DNA of 64,000 nt, taken from Candidatus Altimarinota bacterium. Its GTDB lineage: Bacteria > Patescibacteriota > Gracilibacteria > JBDHUY01. The stretch spans positions 32,001 through 96,000 of the forward strand of contig JBDHUY010000002.1 of the NCBI GenBank assembly GCA_039809385.1, written 5' to 3'. This document shows, piece after piece, positions 18,953-27,297 of the stretch (its first letter is position 1; every line of letters begins with the position of its first letter). The notes below the pieces were generated by a model. The model saw nothing but the letters and a program-made list of their open reading frames with translations. It searched no databases and was not told where the DNA came from. The position numbers and the translations under genes were made by a program.

Positions 18953-19417
18953 TTATACGTCGAAGCTGGCTTCCAGGAGTGTTTTTACCAAATTGCCGTC
19001 GGCTTTTCCGCGCAGTTCGTTCATGAGGAGTCCCATAAGTTTTCCCATGTCATTTTTGGCAGTCATACCGCTTTGCGTTTTTTTCTCGGCGATGATTCTG
19101 GTAATCTCCTCTGCGCTGAGCAGTGTGGGCAGGTAAGAGCTCAGGATATTCAATTCCCGTTCTTCTTTGGTGACCAAATCGCTCCGGTTCCCGAGTAGGT
19201 ACTCTCGTATGGAATCCTGATGCTGTTTTACCTGCTTTTGCAGGATCTTCAGGACTTCTCCGTCTTCTAGTGTATCTTTGCGCAGATTGATCTTTTCGTT
19301 TTTGAGCGCCGAGATCAAAAAACGCAGCGTATCTGTCCGTACCGGATCTTTCTCCTTCATAGCCGCGACCAGATCTTTTTGCAGTGTATCAAAGAGCATA
19401 CAGTGAGAGAAATACAT
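18953..19417 (-). CDS. GatB/YqeY domain protein (start may be 19399)
   Basis: DLVAAMKEKD…LRFLISALKN…KQHQDSI…YLP…DMGKLMG…GKADG. Confidence 0.93.
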   Translation of the reverse strand: MYFSHCMLFDTLQKDLVAAMKEKDPVRTDTLRFLISALKNEKINLRKDTLEDGEVLKILQKQVKQHQDSIREYLLGNRSDLVTKEERELNILSSYLPTLLSAEEITRIIAEKKTQSGMTAKNDMGKLMGLLMNELRGKADGNLVKTLLEASFDV

Positions 19418-19668
19418 CTAAATCGGTTTATATTCTATGTCATATGGTATGGAAGCACAAGAAAGGCAGGATTTGATGTATAAATGATGAATGATTAATT
19501 ATGAATGGGGAAAAGGGACATCTTTGAAATCGGGAATATTACCCATGAATTTCTATTAATGCCCCTTACTTTCTACAAATTTCTTTGCTTCCATATTCTT
19601 CGTGCATGCAGTTGCTGTTTTTTGCCCTACGCTGTAAGCTGTAGGCTGTTAACTTCTTACTTTCCCTC

Positions 19669-20178
19669 ATGTTGTCTCGTCGTGAAGAGAAGATCAAGGC
19701 GGTTGTTGATAAGCGCGATCCCGCGCTGACGCTGGTATTTGAGAATATTCACGATCCCCATAACCTCAGTGCCATCTTACGGACCTGCGATGCGGTTGGC
19801 ATAGGGGATGTGCATTTGTTGTATACGATTGAGAAATTTCCACGACTTGGTATAAAAAGTTCCAGTAGTGCTAAAAAATGGGTTGCAACGCATAAATGGC
19901 AAAAAGAAGACGAGTGTTTTGGTTCGTTAAAAAAAGCCGGTTTCACGATTGTGGCGACACACCTTGCGGCTGAATCTCAATCTCTTTACCAAAGTGACCT
20001 TCGCGGTAGGATCGCGCTTGTGGTAGGGAATGAGCACCGCGGTATTTCCGAAAAGACTCTCTCGTTGTGCGATCAAAATATTTTTATTCCCATGGTCGGC
20101 ATGGTCCAAAGTCTCAACGTGTCGGTGGCAACGGCGGTCATTCTGTATGAAGCATTCCGGCAGAGAAGGGAGACGTAG
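19669..20178 (+). CDS. trmH: tRNA (guanosine-2'-O)-methyltransferase, SpoU/TrmH family
   Basis: ENIHDPHNLSAILRTCDAVG, VGNEHRGIS, IPMVGMVQSLNVSVA. Confidence 0.92.
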   Translation: MLSRREEKIKAVVDKRDPALTLVFENIHDPHNLSAILRTCDAVGIGDVHLLYTIEKFPRLGIKSSSSAKKWVATHKWQKEDECFGSLKKAGFTIVATHLAAESQSLYQSDLRGRIALVVGNEHRGISEKTLSLCDQNIFIPMVGMVQSLNVSVATAVILYEAFRQRRET

Positions 20179-20290
20179 CTGACAGCCGACAGCGGTCAGC
20201 TATCAGCAGTCTACAATTATTAATTATAAATGATGAATTATTAATCATGAATTTCGGAATACGAAAGACTTAATACATAATACTTCATAC
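20175..20290 (+). repeat. Composite intergenic element of three heptamer arrays (CAGCTGA-type, AATTATG-type, AATACTT-type)
   Basis: gctgacagccgacagcggtcagctatcagcagtc / aattattaattataaatgatgaattattaatcatgaatt / taatacataatacttcatac; same order at 40286-40384. Confidence 0.85.
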
Positions 20291-20305
20291 CTCCCTCCTG
20301 TCCCC

Positions 20306-21946
20306 ATGGAAACTCTCCGCTTTGTCTTTAAAAATCTGGATCAGTTTCGCCTCCGCTTCGGTGTAGTCTTTGTGATTGCGGTCGCGGATGCCTGCGTGGT
20401 ATTCGGGATACCGTTTCTGTTATCCGAATTCACCAAGGAGAGTTTTTCTTTCTCGGCGTTCGGCTATCTGATGGGACTTGTGGGATTGCTCTACGGGACA
20501 TCACTTATTCTGCAATGGATCATCCGGCGTTTTGGCGAATCACTGGGTGCTCAGCTTGAGCATCATATTCGTTTAAAGTACTTTTATCGGCTGGAGCATA
20601 TTTCGCTCGATCGGATGGTCGAGCATCATTCCGGGTATGTTTTATCGCTTTTGAATCGGATCTGTCAGGGTGTGCCGGCACTGATATTTAATTCTTTTTG
20701 GGATATCGCACGCGGATTCACCACGCTTCTGCTTTTTTTTCTGGTGACGGCGCGCGAGTCGGTTCTTCTGGCATTGGGAAATACTCTCATCCTTTTATTT
20801 TTTGTGACACTGAGTATCTATCTTTCCGGAAAAATGGTACCGATCATCGATGCGGTGAATAAAAAACGGGCCGGAATGCTTTCGTCCTATGCCGACTTTA
20901 TGAGTAATTTGCCGACAGTACAAAAGCTGGGAATTTATGATTTTGTAGAACAACGTTTAGATGGACATAACCGTGATAATTTCGTTCAGATTCAACGTTT
21001 GCAAAACTTTCATGCCAATCGCTGGTTTATGCTTCATACGCTGCTGGGAGCGTTTTTGCTGGGTACGATCGCTTTTTTGCTATTTCAGATAAGTCAGGGA
21101 GCTGTATCCGTAGCTATTTTAATTTTGTTTATTACGAGCCTCCAAGTGGTGCGGGGAAATGTGGAACGCCTATCGGAGATGATCAAAATGATGCTGGAGT
21201 TGAAAACCTATGTGAAAAATCTGGAGGAGATCTTGGAGCAGCCGGTGCTTTATGGAAACGTCACTCCGAAAACTTGGAAAACGATTCGTTTGTCGAATAT
21301 CGTTTTTCAGTACCCGAAGACCGAAAAGCAGATTCTGCTGCCTGAGTTTGTGCTGGAACGCGGGACAAAAGTGTTGTTGACCGGAAAATCGGGGAGCGGC
21401 AAAACGACCTTGCTCCATCTGCTGAGCCGCTACCTGGTTCCGCAGGCGGGAGATCGGTTCGTTGATAAGCATTCGTTCAATACGCTTTCGCGAAACTTTT
21501 TTGATGCGAACTTTGCGTTTGTGTCGCAGGAGGTTGAACTGTTTAATCTTTCGTTGCGGGATAATATTACGTTTGATCGTGATCTGACCGAAGCGCAGAT
21601 TCTGAAGTTGCTGAAAGATCTTGATCTGGACGAATGGGTGAAGGGCTTGGAAAATGGTTTGGAAACCGTGGTGGGGGAGAAGGGATTGCGTCTTTCATCG
21701 GGGCAGAAGCAGCGGATTAATCTCTTGCGGGCTGTGCTGCTTGACCGGGAAATCTATTTGCTCGACGAACCGACGTCGCATCTGGATAGCAAGACCGAAG
21801 AAAAAGTGATCGCATTCTTAAAAAAGCGGCTGGCCAAAAAGACGGTCGTGATCGTGTCGCATCGAGAAAAATTGAAAGCACTTTGTAACAAAGCTTATAC
21901 TTTTCGTCAATCCGAACTCTTTAGCAGTATGATTGAAGCAGGCTGA
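20306..21946 (+). CDS. ABC exporter, fused TMD-NBD
   Basis: 6 TM N-terminus; GKSGSGKT, LSSGQKQR, LLDEPTSHLD, SH. Confidence 0.95.
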   Translation: METLRFVFKNLDQFRLRFGVVFVIAVADACVVFGIPFLLSEFTKESFSFSAFGYLMGLVGLLYGTSLILQWIIRRFGESLGAQLEHHIRLKYFYRLEHISLDRMVEHHSGYVLSLLNRICQGVPALIFNSFWDIARGFTTLLLFFLVTARESVLLALGNTLILLFFVTLSIYLSGKMVPIIDAVNKKRAGMLSSYADFMSNLPTVQKLGIYDFVEQRLDGHNRDNFVQIQRLQNFHANRWFMLHTLLGAFLLGTIAFLLFQISQGAVSVAILILFITSLQVVRGNVERLSEMIKMMLELKTYVKNLEEILEQPVLYGNVTPKTWKTIRLSNIVFQYPKTEKQILLPEFVLERGTKVLLTGKSGSGKTTLLHLLSRYLVPQAGDRFVDKHSFNTLSRNFFDANFAFVSQEVELFNLSLRDNITFDRDLTEAQILKLLKDLDLDEWVKGLENGLETVVGEKGLRLSSGQKQRINLLRAVLLDREIYLLDEPTSHLDSKTEEKVIAFLKKRLAKKTVVIVSHREKLKALCNKAYTFRQSELFSSMIEAG

Positions 21947-22787
21947 TTAGTTCAGACAAATTGGCAAACACATTCAGAATATTTCCTAATAGTGGTAATC
22001 CTTTTTTTATTTCCAACTTTCCAGATTTTATACCGTTTATAACAGTAAACATAGATTGGCGAATCTGGGGAATGTCTGCAAGGACTTCTAAATGCTGCGA
22101 TATATTTATTCCCCTGCTTTGTTGGATAATCTCATTAATACTGTTAGCCATTAGGGTAAGATCTTCAGGCAACTGCTTTATTAATTTTTCTAACGGTTCC
22201 AACGAATTCTGATTAATAGTATCAGCTATGGATTTTAATCCTTCGACATAGCATACTATCTGTTGGCGTAGTTCATTTAATTGGTTCAGCTCGTTGAGAT
22301 ATGTTCCAAGATTCTCAATTTCTATTTCTTGAGTTATCTTTAATTTTATATCTGAAAGCTTTCCGGTTGTGGTTCCCCCTAATACATTTTCCCGAAGATT
22401 CACATAGTTAAGTGTATTCATATACCCATCAGGAAGTGTATCACCCTTGGGCCAATTCAGTTGTACCTCTCTCTTAATAAACTCTTCGACATTGCCAAGT
22501 CGCGGATCATTGAAGTTATCTCGAAATTGGACGAATTCTTCTGTTTGGGGTATTTCTTCAGCCCAATGAGGATATTTGAGGAGCAGTTCTCGAACCCCTT
22601 TCCGCGATGAATCATATTGGGTTATATCAAATTTTATTCCGGTCGGAGAAATGTGTTCTCTCCCAAGCTGCCGTAAACGAAAAAGGTATAGTTGCAATAC
22701 ATATTCTGCGGCATCTGTCCTGTATTCTGGCGGGAGTTCCCTGACTCGTTCCGGTGATCTATCGGTTTTTCCAAATTCAGTACTCAT
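21921..22787 (-). CDS. Hypothetical helical protein, AT-rich
   Basis: 288-aa ORF with no recognised motif; converges on and overlaps the ABC gene end by 26 nt. Confidence 0.7.
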   Translation of the reverse strand: MSTEFGKTDRSPERVRELPPEYRTDAAEYVLQLYLFRLRQLGREHISPTGIKFDITQYDSSRKGVRELLLKYPHWAEEIPQTEEFVQFRDNFNDPRLGNVEEFIKREVQLNWPKGDTLPDGYMNTLNYVNLRENVLGGTTTGKLSDIKLKITQEIEIENLGTYLNELNQLNELRQQIVCYVEGLKSIADTINQNSLEPLEKLIKQLPEDLTLMANSINEIIQQSRGINISQHLEVLADIPQIRQSMFTVINGIKSGKLEIKKGLPLLGNILNVFANLSELISLLQSYC

Positions 22788-22889
22788 ACAACATTAAAAA
22801 TATATAAGAAATTTAGCTAAAAAGCGCCAGTATTTTACTGATACCTATTTATTTGTCAAAGATAAATTGTTGGCTTTTTTCTATTTTTT

Positions 22890-24026
22890 TCACGAAACCA
22901 TTCGGTAGATCCAGCGCGAAATGAGTCGTCGCGTAACCGGGAGGTTGGGATCGAATTTGGAGCTATGATCGATGATATTTCGTTCGTAGGCCGTATTGAT
23001 AAACGGCGTATACCAGGCATCCACCGCCACATCGCTGAAATAGCTGTTCGTTACGCTGGTTGGTACCGCAATCTTTTTGGTATTGAGCAACACTTTGAGC
23101 GCTTCAGCTTTGGTAATATTATTCCCGGGTTTAAACGTGCCATCTCCGTAGCCGCGGATAATCCCATCCTGAAACGCCGTTTCGGTGTAGCCGAAAAACC
23201 AGTCGTTGGTCTTCACGTCCGAAAATGACGAGGCGTTGAAGGTTCGAACCGGATAAGCAAAAGCTACAAACGCCATTTTGAGCAGCTCGGCCCGGTTGAT
23301 CGGATTTTCGGGTTTGAACGAACCGTCCGGATACCCCTGGATCACATTGTGCTCTTTGAGATATTTGATCGCCGCATAGTCGGCATCGTCGTTGGCGATA
23401 TCGGTAAACAGCGTCCCACCGGCAGTACCGAGATAGGTTTGAATGTACGTCATGGGCGAAATAGTGTACTGGCGAGCCCGGTCGATATTGAGGCTTCCGT
23501 TAACCGCGTCGGTGTACGAAGAATACCCGGCGGCTACCATTTCGGCGTTACTGAACGGCCAGTAGGGATGAAACGGCGCATCGTGGGTATCGATTTGAAA
23601 ATGCAGGTGCGCCGCGGTCGAGTTGCCGGTCGAACCGCTTACTCCGATCTTCGCTCCTGTGGTGACGGTTTGTCCCTGCGCCACGGCAAGACTACTGAGG
23701 TGCAGGTAACAGGAATAGTAGGTAACCAGCGTGTTGGGATTTTGAAATGATGGACAGTTCTCATGTTTAAGCACCAAATAATTTCCGTAGGACGGATCGT
23801 TGGTTTTGGCGATGAAGACCGACCCGTCTATCACGGCAAACACATCCGTTTGCCCATTGGGATATTTCGTAGCATCTATGTCAACGCCGCAATGCGAACC
23901 TACGTTTTCGCGATAATCGTTCTCGATGTAATTCCCTAAATTCACGGTGGTGTAATAGAGTACCTGGACATTTGCAGGGTCATAGCGGGGAATACCGGCG
24001 ATCGGCAGGGAAGTCTTCATAGGCAT
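22890..24026 (-). CDS. M23 peptidase with three C-terminal SLH domains
   Basis: HCGVD, YGNY, YLHL, GSTGNSTAAHLHF; FTD…GYPDGSFKPENPINRAE SLH repeats. Confidence 0.93.
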   Translation of the reverse strand: MPMKTSLPIAGIPRYDPANVQVLYYTTVNLGNYIENDYRENVGSHCGVDIDATKYPNGQTDVFAVIDGSVFIAKTNDPSYGNYLVLKHENCPSFQNPNTLVTYYSCYLHLSSLAVAQGQTVTTGAKIGVSGSTGNSTAAHLHFQIDTHDAPFHPYWPFSNAEMVAAGYSSYTDAVNGSLNIDRARQYTISPMTYIQTYLGTAGGTLFTDIANDDADYAAIKYLKEHNVIQGYPDGSFKPENPINRAELLKMAFVAFAYPVRTFNASSFSDVKTNDWFFGYTETAFQDGIIRGYGDGTFKPGNNITKAEALKVLLNTKKIAVPTSVTNSYFSDVAVDAWYTPFINTAYERNIIDHSSKFDPNLPVTRRLISRWIYRMVS

Positions 24027-24060
24027 GTATTTTTAAGATACTGGTTTTAGTATAGCACAA

Positions 24061-24223
24061 GAGTTGGGAGAGGGGAGATCGGAGTTAGGAGAAAGAGCAG
24101 GCGTACAGCTGACAGCGTACAGCTATCAGCAGCCTGTGGTCAGGTAAGACAAAATGAAATTACTTGTCCCCGTTCCCCCTGATAAGGCTTGCACTGAACG
24201 GAGTGAAGTGGGGCTAGGGGGTT
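24061..24223 (+). repeat. Intergenic stack: GGAG-type heptamers, CAGCTGA-type heptamers and an interrupted CCCCTGATAAGG hairpin element
   Basis: gagttgggagaggggagatcggagttaggag; cagctgacagcgtacagctatcagcagc; tccccctgataagg[cttgcactgaacggagtgaagtg]gggctagggggtt. Confidence 0.8.
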
Positions 24224-24291
24224 CAGGATTGCTCGTAATATTGCTTTGCTTCTAAACAAAAATCCCAAACCTAAATTCTTCTAAAAAAATA

Positions 24292-24319
24292 TTGACATTC
24301 CAGAAAAACGAAATAAAAT
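24292..24319 (+). promoter_or_regulatory. Sigma70-type promoter
   Basis: TTGACA-16 nt-TAAAAT. Confidence 0.7.
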
Positions 24320-24515
24320 GCTCATAACCGTTTTTGGCCTCGACGCTCGCAGCAATGCGATGCACCTGCCACGGTAATAAGGTGATCTTTGAAAGATGAG
24401 AGTGAGAGAAATATATTTTTGTACGAGAGTACGGTTGTGGAAATTTATCTAAGTTTCCAGAGCCCTGCTCTCGTATGAGGCAGGATAAATACAATCTTCG
24501 AAAGGATCCAAAAAT

Positions 24516-24659
24516 ATGACTTCTACCGCTACACAAAAAGCGAAACAATCAACCTCTGCACAACCAGTAAATCAACAGATCAATCAAAAAACAGAACTAG
24601 CAAAGAAGCAACCTAAACCGCGGTATAGAAACCGTCAATCCTACAATCGAAGGAAATAA
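24516..24659 (+). CDS. Small basic protein, 47 aa (MTSTATQKAKQSTSAQPVNQQINQKTELAKKQPKPRYRNRQSYNRRK)
   Basis: AAAGGA 9 nt before ATG; promoter at 24292; strong hairpin at 24719-24754 downstream; below the ORF-track cutoff. Confidence 0.55.
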   Translation: MTSTATQKAKQSTSAQPVNQQINQKTELAKKQPKPRYRNRQSYNRRK

Positions 24660-25033
24660 AATAACCTTCATTCTCTTTCTCTCACCTCCACATCTCCCCA
24701 CAAAATCACCTCCAATCCGCTTCGGCCGGCCGTAACATACACGCCGGTCGAAGCACTCCACTCGTCTCCCATTTGCCAAAAATAATCGGATTGGTATTAT
24801 TCCCTATGGTTGTTTCTTTTTGATGTGGTATGACCAGCCAAGAATCATATGAGGCGGTTCTCTGTACTGACACGACGAAAGTTCCCATTCAACCGACTCC
24901 ATCGTCATTTTTTACTGTGAGCGATGGACTCGGGACAGTTTTTGGCACGGCTACGAGGAGGAAGGACTTGGAGAGACTTTTACAATCTTGTCAGAGTAAA
25001 ACAGGCGTTATTTTTATCGACTGAGTTATTTGC

Positions 25034-26185
25034 ATGAAAGAACAACAATCAGAACCTTTACGCGTTATCATTATTCAAATCATTGACCCCGCCGAGAACC
25101 GTTTTCAAGCTGAGCAGGAAGGAGCCGAACTGGTACGTCTGATAGACACCCTGCGCGGGATGGTCGTGGTCAAAATTTTACAAAAAAGAGGACGACCTTC
25201 CGCCAATATGTACTTAGGCAGCGGGAAAGCGCACGAAGTCGCCGGGCTCGCCAAACACCTGCGCGCCGATGTGGTCATCGCCAACGCGATGCTCAAACCA
25301 ACCCAGTTACACAATTTGAGACGCATTATTCCCGTACCAGTCTGGGATCGTGTCGACGTGATCCTGAAAATATTCGAACACCACGCCCAAACCCAGGAAG
25401 CCAAATGGCAGGTCGAACTGGCCCGTCTGAGGCACGAGTTTCCCCGACTGTACGGAAAAGGCATTGATCTGTCCCAGATCGTCGGCGGGAAAAAAGGGTA
25501 TACCCGCGGTCCGGGTGAAAAACTGCTGGAATTGCAAAAACGACACCTGCGGCGACGCATCGATACGCTGGAGAAAAAACTGGAGAATCTCAAAAAGGTC
25601 CGCGCAACCCAGCGCGAAGCGCGTACCCGCCAGAACTTTTTCAATGTGGCCATCGTCGGCTATACCAATGCCGGCAAAAGCTCCCTACTGGTAGCGCTCA
25701 CCAAAAAGAGAAACGTCTACGTCGCCGACGAACTGTTTGCGACGCTCGATACGCGTATCGGAACGTTGTATCTGGGCGACTGGCGCCAGAAGGTCATAGT
25801 GTCGGATACGATCGGTTTTTTACGTGCTCTCCCTCCGCACTTGATCTCTTCCTTTCTGGCAACGCTCGAAGAAGCCGTACAGGCTGACTTACTAGTACAT
25901 GTAGTGGATGCCAGCGATCCTGAAGCAATCGAAAAAGCCGAAGTGGTCGGACAAATTCTGGCGACCCTCGGGATAGGGGAGAAGCCGACGCTCTATGTGT
26001 TGAACAAAATCGATGTAGCTCATCCGGATCATCTGCAGTCGCTGCGAAACTTTTTTGTCGAACACAAATTATTTGCCGTCTCGACCCGTACGGGTGAAGG
26101 GCTGGAACCTTTGAAAGAAGAAATTCGCAAGATGGTTGAAAAACGGGATCAAAAGACTTTTTTGCTCAAGCCGGCTGTTTCATAA
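25034..26185 (+). CDS. hflX: Ribosome-associated GTPase HflX
   Basis: GSGK, DRVDVILKIF, GPGE, VGYTNAGKSS, LFATLDT, DTIGF, NKID. Confidence 0.97.
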   Translation: MKEQQSEPLRVIIIQIIDPAENRFQAEQEGAELVRLIDTLRGMVVVKILQKRGRPSANMYLGSGKAHEVAGLAKHLRADVVIANAMLKPTQLHNLRRIIPVPVWDRVDVILKIFEHHAQTQEAKWQVELARLRHEFPRLYGKGIDLSQIVGGKKGYTRGPGEKLLELQKRHLRRRIDTLEKKLENLKKVRATQREARTRQNFFNVAIVGYTNAGKSSLLVALTKKRNVYVADELFATLDTRIGTLYLGDWRQKVIVSDTIGFLRALPPHLISSFLATLEEAVQADLLVHVVDASDPEAIEKAEVVGQILATLGIGEKPTLYVLNKIDVAHPDHLQSLRNFFVEHKLFAVSTRTGEGLEPLKEEIRKMVEKRDQKTFLLKPAVS

Positions 26186-26330
26186 CAATATTCTTATACC
26201 ATTTCTAAATCGAACTGTTACAAAATTTGAGATATCAGTTTGAAATGGAATTGGTATTACTTGATCCTCTCACGAAGGTAGTTCGTTTTCTATTCGCGTA
26301 AACAGTGTGTGAATATCGTTACCTCATATT

Positions 26331-26374
26331 CTCCCTGATATTTCACTGAGTGAAATCGAAGTGGGACTAGGGGC
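26331..26374 (+). repeat. Second copy of the interrupted CCCTGATA…CACTGA…GAAGTG…CTAGGGG element
   Basis: ctccctgatatttcactgagtgaaatcgaagtgggactaggggc aligns with 24176-24220. Confidence 0.7.
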
Positions 26375-26451
26375 AAGACGCTTTCATATATCTTGTTTAT
26401 ATATTGCAACGCTGTATCCCGTCGTGGCAGGGAGAGATTTGTACTATTGAT

Positions 26452-27294
26452 TTAAAACAGGCCGACTACCAGATTCGTGATCAGATAGGCAGAGAGGGAT
26501 AGTACCAGACCGATCACGGCGTATAGCATACTTTTGCGGGCTTTCAGGATTTTTTCCTCGTCTCCGGCTGCCATAGCATAACTGACTCCGCCGTATACGA
26601 GGTAGATGCCGGTTAATCCGGCTACAAAAGAAAACAGACCTTTGGCGATATTACCGCTAATATCGCTGATCGACGTTTCGGTTTTTACCACACCGCCGGG
26701 AGCGTTATAGTCGTAGCGGTCTCCTTTTTCCAGAAAAGCGAAACTGCCCGGCGCTGGGCTGTTTTCAACGGCGAGACGTATAAATTCGGCTGCCGGGAGA
26801 GGATAGGTTTTATACGATTGCCCGGAATCGTCCAGCTCGTCGGTCCCGGATATTTCGCTTACTTTCAACGAACCGCTTTCATAGATGGTATTGATACTGG
26901 TAGCTTTGGGCTGATCTTTTACAATAAAATTCAACCGGGCCAAGTCCTGATCTTTGGGAACATCCATGCCATACAGCAATATGACCGTCGTACCTTCGGA
27001 TTGCCTGATTTGAGCGCTGTTTACCCCTGTTAATGGATGTATAGTAGGACTTTCCAGAAACTCAGGCCAGTTGGAAAGCGTCAGCTTGACTCCCTGGAGC
27101 GGACTTGTTTGACTAGCTCCTACGCTTTTGATAATGACGGTGACTGTATCGCCTGTTTTTATTGAATAAAAGGATTTGTCGGTTTCGATGCGTACTGGAT
27201 AACCAGAAGCAGTAAGCGTCCCCGCCAAAATCAGAGTAATATTTACCTGAAAAAACGTAATTCCTATAATGGCGAAGAGAATCAAACGTTTCAT
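26452..27294 (-). CDS. Secreted beta-sandwich (cohesin-like) domain fused to C-terminal TrbC/VirB2-type pilin
   Basis: Signal peptide; GIYLVYGGVSYAMAAGDEEKILKARKSMLYAVIGL pilin motif. Confidence 0.85.
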   Translation of the reverse strand: MKRLILFAIIGITFFQVNITLILAGTLTASGYPVRIETDKSFYSIKTGDTVTVIIKSVGASQTSPLQGVKLTLSNWPEFLESPTIHPLTGVNSAQIRQSEGTTVILLYGMDVPKDQDLARLNFIVKDQPKATSINTIYESGSLKVSEISGTDELDDSGQSYKTYPLPAAEFIRLAVENSPAPGSFAFLEKGDRYDYNAPGGVVKTETSISDISGNIAKGLFSFVAGLTGIYLVYGGVSYAMAAGDEEKILKARKSMLYAVIGLVLSLSAYLITNLVVGLF

Positions 27295-27297
27295 AGA

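Noticed and set aside
24719-24760. Strong hairpin ending near ACTCCA considered as a tRNA
   Set aside because: Single stem only; no D-arm, anticodon arm or TTC T-loop
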